A stretch of DNA of 64,000 nucleotides from an uncultured Gammaproteobacteria bacterium. GTDB lineage: Bacteria > Patescibacteriota > Patescibacteriia > UBA2591 > UBA6264. The position numbers and the translations under genes were made by a program. This document shows positions 57,867 through 64,000 of this stretch, piece by piece. The notes beneath the pieces are model-generated. The model did no database searches. It saw only the letters and a program-made list of their open reading frames with translations, and was not told the DNA's origin. The DNA is taken from assembly GCA_964596735.1 (NCBI GenBank), contig CAZQVF010000005.1, forward strand, positions 13,328-77,327. Reading direction: 5' to 3'. Each line of letters starts with the position of its first letter. Position 1 is the first letter of the stretch.

Positions 57867-58727
57867 AATATTTTCGATTTCTAATTCTAAAATTTCTGAA
57901 AGACGATTCACAGGAAATAAATCCTTAGGATATATTTCTATTAATTTAAGATTGCATTTTTTACAAATATTTTGTTTTTCCCTAACTAATTCGTCATATC
58001 TTTTTATTGCTCCAATTAGTCCAAAAAATTCTATAATAGTATCTTTAACGACAAAATCGGCTGTTAAAGACTTGTTTTGAGGATAAGGAACATTTCTTTT
58101 GTGCTTAATATTCTTACTAAGAAGCCAATCATCTATTATTTTTTCAGAAAAAGAATCGCATTTATGACCATCTTTGGCAATAAATTTTTTAGCAAACAAA
58201 ACTGGGTTAGGTTCAAACCCAGCGGATTTAACAGCCTTATTCCATGTCCCGAATCTTAGTCTCGCTGCATCATAATGATGATATTCTCTTTTAACAGGAA
58301 TTCTTTTTTCGCGCTTATAAAATGCTTTTATTTCATTGGTAATCTGCTTACTACTTACTACTATTTTAGAATTTATTAAATTGTAACAAGATTTTGAACA
58401 ACATTTTCGTTCACCAAAAAACTCTTTACCACAATTAATACATGTCTTACTTTTTCTCCTTTTTTGATTACTTACAATAGCAGCACAAGATTGGGAACAA
58501 AAAACCATGCCCGTTCTCGATTTTCTAATTTCAGAAGGCGGACGAATTACTATTCTGTTGCATACAGGATTTGCACAAATTCTTCTGACACTCCTGATTC
58601 GATCTTTCTTTAAACACTTTTGAGAGCAATACTGTTTCCAACCAAATTTTTTAGCTTCATTTACTCGCCCCACTGTTCTAAAAAATTTTTGACCACAAAA
58701 GGCACAATTAATTTTAACTAAATTCAT
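57864..58727 (-). CDS. multi-zinc-ribbon protein with C-terminal Vsr/DUF559-like endonuclease-fold segment
   Basis: At least five CxxC pairs in the N-terminal 120 aa; FGTWNKAVKSAGFEP motif; C-terminal ...TADFVVKDTIIEFFG resembles the DUF559 aDF..p...IE.DG core. Confidence 0.4.
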   Translation of the reverse strand: MNLVKINCAFCGQKFFRTVGRVNEAKKFGWKQYCSQKCLKKDRIRSVRRICANPVCNRIVIRPPSEIRKSRTGMVFCSQSCAAIVSNQKRRKSKTCINCGKEFFGERKCCSKSCYNLINSKIVVSSKQITNEIKAFYKREKRIPVKREYHHYDAARLRFGTWNKAVKSAGFEPNPVLFAKKFIAKDGHKCDSFSEKIIDDWLLSKNIKHKRNVPYPQNKSLTADFVVKDTIIEFFGLIGAIKRYDELVREKQNICKKCNLKLIEIYPKDLFPVNRLSEILELEIENI

Positions 58728-58739
58728 AAAAATATTTAA

Positions 58740-58817
58740 TATCGGGCTGGCCGGCTCCGCCCCGGCGACCTCATCTCCCCCAGAGATGCGCGCTAACTAA
58801 CTGCGCCACAGCCCGAC
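58740..58817 (-). ncRNA. GC-rich tRNA-like cloverleaf (degenerate tRNA-Pro-GGG-like; function unknown)
   Basis: Minus sense GTCGGGC/GCCCGAT acceptor, GCGC-9nt-GCGC D-arm, CATCT-CTGGGGG-AGATG anticodon arm, GCCGG-GGCGGAG-CCGGC T-arm. T-loop and D-loop lack canonical GG/TTC residues and there are 2 extra nt before the acceptor 3' strand. Confidence 0.4.
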
Positions 58818-58826
58818 ATTCAAAAT

Positions 58827-59006
58827 CTAAACTCCAAAATTCTTTTTCAAAGATTTTAAACACTTGGTACAAATCTTTATCCTCTTGCCAGATATCTTTT
58901 TTGTCTGTAAATTTAAATATTGTCGCCTTTTTGTGGCGATATTTGAATGGGACCTGGTAAAGCTTGTTTGTGGACCACGTCCACAAATTGAACAACGTCT
59001 TGCCAT
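58827..59006 (-). CDS. rpmB: 50S ribosomal protein L28
   Basis: MARRCSICGRGPQTSFTRSHSNIATKRRQYLNLQTKK L28 signature. Start at internal Met; track ORF begins at 59054. Confidence 0.8.
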   Translation of the reverse strand: MARRCSICGRGPQTSFTRSHSNIATKRRQYLNLQTKKISGKRIKICTKCLKSLKKNFGV

Positions 59007-59040
59007 AATCGTATCTTTTAAATATTTTAATTTAGTATAT

Positions 59041-59118
59041 AAGAACCTGCTCACTTCGTTCGCAGAACCTTGAAATTAAATATTTATTGTATAAAATATT
59101 AATGTACTTCAATTATAA
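59041..59118 (+). promoter_or_regulatory. conserved promoter-like repeat element upstream of the M50 protease gene
   Basis: AAGAACCTGctcacttcgttcgCAGAACCTTGAAATTAAATATTTATTGTATAAAatattaatgtacttcaATTATAAT. Confidence 0.5.
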
Positions 59119-59149
59119 TATATTAACATTTTAAACTTATTTAGCAAGT

Positions 59150-59758
59150 ATGACTAAACTTTTTATTTATATCATCATTATTCTCTCTGCTGTTTTTCAT
59201 GAATATGCTCATGGTTGGGCAGCTTATCAGCTGGGGGATTCAACGGCCAAAGATGAAGGCCGTTTAACTTTAAATCCTCTTGTCCATTTAGACCCTATTG
59301 GAACAGTAATCCTTCCTCTTTTTTTATTATTTACCTCTGGAATGTTTCTTGGTTGGGCCAAGCCTGTTCCTTATAATCCTTATAATCTTCGAGACCTAAA
59401 ATACGGAACACTAAAGGTGGCGGCGGCTGGGCCAGGGGCTAATCTTTTAATTGCCTTAGTTGTTGGCCTTATATTAAGGCTCTTTCTGCCCGTCATCTCC
59501 AGCTATAGCATGTTTCTTCCGTTTTACCTTGGTTTTATTGTTTATGTTAATATATTTTTAGCTTTGTTTAATTTATTGCCCTTCCCTCCCCTTGATGGTT
59601 CAAAAATATTCGCTGACCTCTTCCCTGATCAATGGAAATATTTTATGCAATTAGGAATGATGGGGATTTTTATTGCTCTCTTTGTGGCCTTTTTTATACT
59701 TTCTCCTATTGCTAATTTTATTTTTAAAATAATTGTTGGGCAAGGATTTATATTTTAG
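59150..59758 (+). CDS. M50 family membrane metalloprotease (SpoIVFB-like site-2 protease)
   Basis: HEYAH HExxH in the first TM helix; polytopic; ~200 aa. Confidence 0.8.
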   Translation: MTKLFIYIIIILSAVFHEYAHGWAAYQLGDSTAKDEGRLTLNPLVHLDPIGTVILPLFLLFTSGMFLGWAKPVPYNPYNLRDLKYGTLKVAAAGPGANLLIALVVGLILRLFLPVISSYSMFLPFYLGFIVYVNIFLALFNLLPFPPLDGSKIFADLFPDQWKYFMQLGMMGIFIALFVAFFILSPIANFIFKIIVGQGFIF

Positions 59759-59761
59759 GCC

Positions 59762-59790
59762 TTGACTTTTAGAATAATTACTTTAAAATA
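59762..59790 (+). promoter_or_regulatory. sigma70-like promoter for the rpsL-rpsG-fusA operon (TTGACT-N16/17-TAAAAT)
   Basis: TTGACT 59762-59767, TAAAAT 59784-59789; 30-nt leader without SD. Confidence 0.4.
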
Positions 59791-59820
59791 TTATTTACAA
59801 AGATTAAACTCTATTAATTT

Positions 59821-60282
59821 ATGCCAACGGTTAATCAATTAGTCCGTAAAGGAAGAAAAAAATCTAAGAAAAAATCAAAAACACCTGCTCTGCAGACTAC
59901 TTTTAACATTTTAAAGAGGAGAAGAAATGAAATAGCAAAGGGTCAACCATTTTTGCGTGGTGTTTGTTTAAAAGTTACTACACAAACTCCTAAAAAACCC
60001 AATTCTGCTTTACGGAAAATTGCCCGAGTAAGACTTTCTAATGGAATGGAGGTAACCGCCTATATTCCTGGAATTGGCCATAATTTACAAGAACATTCTG
60101 TGGTTTTACTTCGTGGCGGTCGAGTAAAAGATCTTCCCGGTGTCCGCTATCATGTCGTCCGTGGAGTTTATGATTCCGGGGGTGTTGAGAATAGAAAACA
60201 AAGTCGTAGCCTTTATGGAACAAAAAGGGATAAAGGAAAACAAAAAACAGAGAAAGAACAAGAAGAAAAAACTGAAACCTAA
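59821..60282 (+). CDS. rpsL: 30S ribosomal protein S12 (with K/E-rich C-terminal extension)
   Basis: [12 protein letters not shown]...[10 protein letters not shown]...[26 protein letters not shown]12 core. Confidence 0.95.
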   Translation: MPTVNQLVRKGRKKSKKKSKTPALQTTFNILKRRRNEIAKGQPFLRGVCLKVTTQTPKKPNSALRKIARVRLSNGMEVTAYIPGIGHNLQEHSVVLLRGGRVKDLPGVRYHVVRGVYDSGGVENRKQSRSLYGTKRDKGKQKTEKEQEEKTET

Positions 60283-60291
60283 TTTTATATT

Positions 60292-60762
60292 ATGCGTGGA
60301 AAACAGGCTCCAAAAAGAAAAATCAAATCCGACCCTAAATATCAGCTCCCTCAATTAGCTAAATTTATTAATTATATCATGAAAGGCGGTAAAAAAAATA
60401 CTGCAACAAAAATAGTTTATCAAGCATTAGACATTATTAAAGAAAAAAGTAAAGGAGACCCTTTAGAAATTTTCAAAAGAGCTATTGAAAACATTTCTCC
60501 TGTGGTAGAAGTGCGGTCGCGTCGAATTGGTGGAGCTAATTACCAAATTCCATATCCAACAAATGAATCTCGTCAATTTGTTTTAGCTTCACGATGGATT
60601 ATTGCCGCTGCTAAAGCCAAAAAGGGTAAAACCATGGCTGAAAAATTAGCAGAAGAACTTTTAGACGCGGCTGAAAAGCAAGGCTCTGCTATTAAGAAAA
60701 AAGAGGACGTTCATCGCATGGCTGAAGCCAACAAGGCCTTTGCTCACTTTGCAAGATACTAG
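60292..60762 (+). CDS. rpsG: 30S ribosomal protein S7
   Basis: [21 protein letters not shown]...[16 protein letters not shown]7 signature. Confidence 0.95.
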   Translation: MRGKQAPKRKIKSDPKYQLPQLAKFINYIMKGGKKNTATKIVYQALDIIKEKSKGDPLEIFKRAIENISPVVEVRSRRIGGANYQIPYPTNESRQFVLASRWIIAAAKAKKGKTMAEKLAEELLDAAEKQGSAIKKKEDVHRMAEANKAFAHFARY

Positions 60763-60767
60763 TAGTT

Positions 60768-62861
60768 ATGACTTCTGAATTTTCCTTAGAAAAAACTCGA
60801 AACATCGGCATTATTGCCCATATTGACGCCGGTAAGACTACTGTTACCGAGCGTATTTTATATTACACAGGAAAAAAACATAAAGTTGGTGAGGTGCATG
60901 AAGGACAAGCAGAAATGGATTGGATGGAACAGGAAAAAGAAAGAGGGGTAACAATAACATCAGCAGCAACAACTGTTTTTTGGACCCCTAATAAAGGCGA
61001 AGAAACTCGTATTAATATTATTGATACTCCTGGACATATTGATTTTACAGCTGAAGTACAAAGATCTTTAAGAATCCTTGACGGAGGCGTAGTTGTTTTC
61101 GATGGCGTTGCTGGAGTTGAACCACAATCAGAAACTGTTTATCATCAAGCTGAAAAATTTAAAATTCCTTTAATTGCTTTTATAAATAAAATGGATCGAA
61201 TGGGGGCTGATTTTTATGCTGACCTAGATTCAATTCATGAAAGATTAACGTCTAATGCCTATCCTGTTCAATTGCCAATTGGAGTTGAGGCAAATTTTAA
61301 AGGTGTTATTGATTTATTCACTCGTAAAGCAAGGTTCTACTTAGATGAAATGGGAGAAAACATTGAAGAAAGGGAGGTGCCAGCTGAATTAAAAGATAAA
61401 GTTGAAGAATATCGTCATAAATTAATTGAAACTATTGTTGAACATGATGAAAAATTAATGCATGGTTATTTGGATGGCAAAGAACCAGAAATAAATGAAT
61501 TAAAAAGAGTTTTACGTCAAGCAGTAATTCAAGGAAAATTAATCCCTGTTCTATGTGGTTCAGCCCTTAAAAATAAAGGGGTTCAATCATTACTAGACGC
61601 TATTTGTGAATACTTACCCTCTCCTTTAGATGTTCCCCCGGTAAAAGGAACTGTTCCTCGAACTGAAGAAAAAGAAATCAGAAAGGCAGACAAAAATGGA
61701 CCCTTTGCCGCTCTGTCTTTTAAAATAGCTACTGATCCTTATGTTGGTCGTCTTTGTTATGTTCGAGTTTATTCTGGGTCTTTAAATGCTGGATCATATA
61801 TTCTAAATACTACTACTGGCAACAAAGAAAGAGTGGGCCGAATTGTTCAAATGCATGCTAACCAGAGAAAAGAACTTAAACAGGTCTATGCTGGAGAAAT
61901 TGCCGCCATTGTCGGGATTAAAAATACCAGCACGGGAGATACTCTTTGTGACCCAGATCATCCTATCATTTTAGAATCTATTACCTTTCCTGATCCAGTT
62001 ATTTCTGTGGCTATTGAGCCAAAAACAAAATCAGATCAAGAAAAAATGGGTCAAGCTATTACTAAATTAGTAGAAGAAGATCCTACTTTTAAAGTAAAAA
62101 GTGATGAAGAAACCGGACAGACAATTATCTCAGGGATGGGTGAATTACACTTAGAAATTATTGTTGATCGCTTAAGTCGTGAGTTTAATGTTCATGCTAA
62201 CGTTGGTCAACCAAGAGTGGCTTATAAAGAAGCTATTACTGCCGACATTCAGGTTGAGGGAAAATATATTCATCAATCAGGCGGACGAGGTCAATATGGC
62301 CATTGTTGGCTTAAACTTGAACCAATGGAAAGGGGAAAAGGCTTTGAATTTGTTGATAAAATTAAGGGAGGAGCTATCCCCAGAGAATATGTTCCGGCTA
62401 TTAAAAAAGGTGTTATTGAATCAATGGAAGCCGGTGTTTTAGCGGGTTATCCAGTTGTTGATATGAAGGTAACTGTTTATGATGGTTCTTTTCATGAAGT
62501 CGACTCTTCAGAAGCCGCCTTTAAAATTGCTGCTAATCGAGCGATTCGTGATGGCGTACAACAAGCCAAGCCCATTCTCTTAGAACCTGTTATGAAAGTC
62601 GAGGTAGTTGTCCCTGAAAAATTCATGGGAGAAGTAATTGGCGATCTTAACTCTCGTAGAGCTCAAGTCCAAGGGACAAAAACCCGAGGACAGGTAAAAT
62701 TAGTTGATGCTTTAGTTCCCTTAGGAGAAATGTTTGGTTACACCACATCTTTACGATCATTGACTGAGGGTCGTGGAAGCTCAACTATGGAATTTTTTCA
62801 TTATGCTCCGGTACCTAAAAATGTTCAGGAAAATATTGTTGGAGAAAAAGTTGAAAAATAG
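60768..62861 (+). CDS. fusA: elongation factor G
   Basis: G-domain [18 protein letters not shown]; domains II-V through ...GRGSSTMEF. Confidence 0.95.
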   Translation: MTSEFSLEKTRNIGIIAHIDAGKTTVTERILYYTGKKHKVGEVHEGQAEMDWMEQEKERGVTITSAATTVFWTPNKGEETRINIIDTPGHIDFTAEVQRSLRILDGGVVVFDGVAGVEPQSETVYHQAEKFKIPLIAFINKMDRMGADFYADLDSIHERLTSNAYPVQLPIGVEANFKGVIDLFTRKARFYLDEMGENIEEREVPAELKDKVEEYRHKLIETIVEHDEKLMHGYLDGKEPEINELKRVLRQAVIQGKLIPVLCGSALKNKGVQSLLDAICEYLPSPLDVPPVKGTVPRTEEKEIRKADKNGPFAALSFKIATDPYVGRLCYVRVYSGSLNAGSYILNTTTGNKERVGRIVQMHANQRKELKQVYAGEIAAIVGIKNTSTGDTLCDPDHPIILESITFPDPVISVAIEPKTKSDQEKMGQAITKLVEEDPTFKVKSDEETGQTIISGMGELHLEIIVDRLSREFNVHANVGQPRVAYKEAITADIQVEGKYIHQSGGRGQYGHCWLKLEPMERGKGFEFVDKIKGGAIPREYVPAIKKGVIESMEAGVLAGYPVVDMKVTVYDGSFHEVDSSEAAFKIAANRAIRDGVQQAKPILLEPVMKVEVVVPEKFMGEVIGDLNSRRAQVQGTKTRGQVKLVDALVPLGEMFGYTTSLRSLTEGRGSSTMEFFHYAPVPKNVQENIVGEKVEK

Positions 62862-62908
62862 GAAAAATAAGCGATTTGACTTTTATTTTAAAAAGGGTAT
62901 ATTTAAGT

Positions 62909-63257
62909 GGGGGTGAAAGGAATCGACAGGAAGCCAGTGTTAAAGACAGCTTTTTGTCCTGAGAAAGACACAAAAATTCTCAAAAAACATAATTGCCAAC
63001 GAAAAGTTAGCATTTGCTGTAGCTTAAACAAGCTAAAGCCGTTAAGACTAAAGACTCCTCCTATTTAGTCATTGACGTCAATCTAGAAGGATCGACATTT
63101 TGGTTGCCTGGATCAAAATGTTTAAAAAATCAGGATAGAGTTTAAGAATTTTGTCTTGTTTCAATTCTAAAACTCAAATAGAACAAACAAGACTATAAAA
63201 GTAGACATTTTTAACAGCACTTTCTAGACGGGAGTTCGATTCTCCCCACCTCCACCA
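62909..63257 (+). ncRNA. ssrA: tmRNA (ssrA), one-piece; tag peptide ANEKLAFAVA
   Basis: 5' GGGGGTGAAAGGAATCGAC pairs with 3' GGGAGTTCGATTCTCCCCACCTCCACCA (G3-U70 Ala identity, encoded CCA). Tag ORF gcc aac gaa aag tta gca ttt gct gta gct taa at 62995-63027. Confidence 0.85.
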
Positions 63258-63289
63258 TCTAGTTAAGAATAAAAATTTTAAATTTAAAT

Positions 63290-63796
63290 TTGAAGTATTA
63301 TCGCCTTAACAATAAAATTACTGCTCCTCAGGTTTGTTTAATTAATGAAAAGGGAGAACATCTTGGCAATATTGATATTAATAAAGCCATGGAAATGGCT
63401 CGAGAAAAAGGATTAGACTTGGTAGAAATCGGGCCTAAGGCAAATCCACCAGTAGTAAAAATATTAGACTTTGGGCAATTCAAATATGACTCAAAAAAGA
63501 AAGATCGCGAACAGAAAAAACAAGGTAAAACAGGTCTAATCAAGGGTATTCGTTTAACGCCTCGTATTGGTAAACATGATTTAGAATTTCGGAGAAATAA
63601 AGCTAAGAGTTTTCTTGCCGAAGGTTATAAGGTAAAAATTGAAATGGTACTTAGGGGAAGAGAAAAGGCTCATTTTGACCTAGCTGAAGAAAAATTAAAA
63701 GAATTTATTGATTTTTTGAGCGAAGAAGCTAAGATTGAACAACAGCCCAAACGACAAGGAGCTCGCCTGACTGCCTTGATTTCCCCAATTAAATAA
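63290..63796 (+). CDS. infC: translation initiation factor IF-3
   Basis: ...VCLINEKGEHLGNIDINKAMEMAREKGLDLVEIGPKANPPVVKILDFG... IF3 N- and C-domains; non-ATG (TTG) start as is common for infC. Confidence 0.85.
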   Translation: MKYYRLNNKITAPQVCLINEKGEHLGNIDINKAMEMAREKGLDLVEIGPKANPPVVKILDFGQFKYDSKKKDREQKKQGKTGLIKGIRLTPRIGKHDLEFRRNKAKSFLAEGYKVKIEMVLRGREKAHFDLAEEKLKEFIDFLSEEAKIEQQPKRQGARLTALISPIK

Positions 63797-63802
63797 ATTT
63801 AA

Positions 63803-63997
63803 TTGCAAATTATGCAAAAAACACGCAAATCAATTGCTAAAAAATTAAAAATTACTAAAAATAAAAAATTCTTGCATCGCACCTGTGGGCAAAATCATTT
63901 TAATGTTCGTGATACAGGAAAAAAAACAAAAAATAAAAGAAAAAATAAACCATTGAGTAAGGGTTATAGAAAAACCCTTAAACAACATTTAAAATAA
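63803..63997 (+). CDS. rpmI: 50S ribosomal protein L35
   Basis: MQKTRKSIAKKLKITKNKKFLHR... basic L35 signature; infC-rpmI synteny. Confidence 0.85.
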   Translation: MQIMQKTRKSIAKKLKITKNKKFLHRTCGQNHFNVRDTGKKTKNKRKNKPLSKGYRKTLKQHLK

Positions 63998-64000
63998 CTA

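Noticed and set aside
58771-58995. 74-aa minus-strand ORF overlapping rpmB and the GC-rich tRNA-like element
   Set aside because: Out-of-frame overlap with the well-supported L28 gene; the GC-rich cloverleaf accounts for the open frame.

Overview
AT-rich, gene-dense bacterial chromosome segment with a streamlined housekeeping repertoire. The gene content resembles Candidate Phyla Radiation / Patescibacteria-like genomes: archaeal-type ProRS, short AspRS, standalone 5'-3' exonuclease, hinge-less SMC, [FeFe] hydrogenase, two MreB paralogs, many ribosomal and tRNA-modification genes. The window contains dnaA with an adjacent DnaA-box-bearing origin candidate. It has two canonical tRNAs (Cys-GCA, Glu-UUC), a one-piece tmRNA, and no rRNA or CRISPR. 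The standout feature is a complete diversity-generating retroelement (DGR) at about 17.4-20.0 kb: reverse transcriptase, Avd-like accessory gene, template repeat, and a target gene whose C-terminal variable repeat differs from the template only at template-adenine positions. This DGR sits in a compositionally distinct (GC-richer) stretch. It is flanked by tandem copies of a repeated promoter-like intergenic element, a tRNA 3'-fragment and a putative HTH/LAGLIDADG-like gene next to tRNA-Glu, suggesting a horizontally acquired island. Other notable items: a conserved intergenic element family present at least 8 times; several promoters whose -10 box lies 6 nt from the ATG (leaderless-mRNA architecture); a membrane-anchored ClpC-like unfoldase with a zinc ribbon; an ATP-cone::PD-(D/E)xK nuclease fusion next to dnaA; GC-rich tRNA-like structures punctuating the hydrogenase operon.
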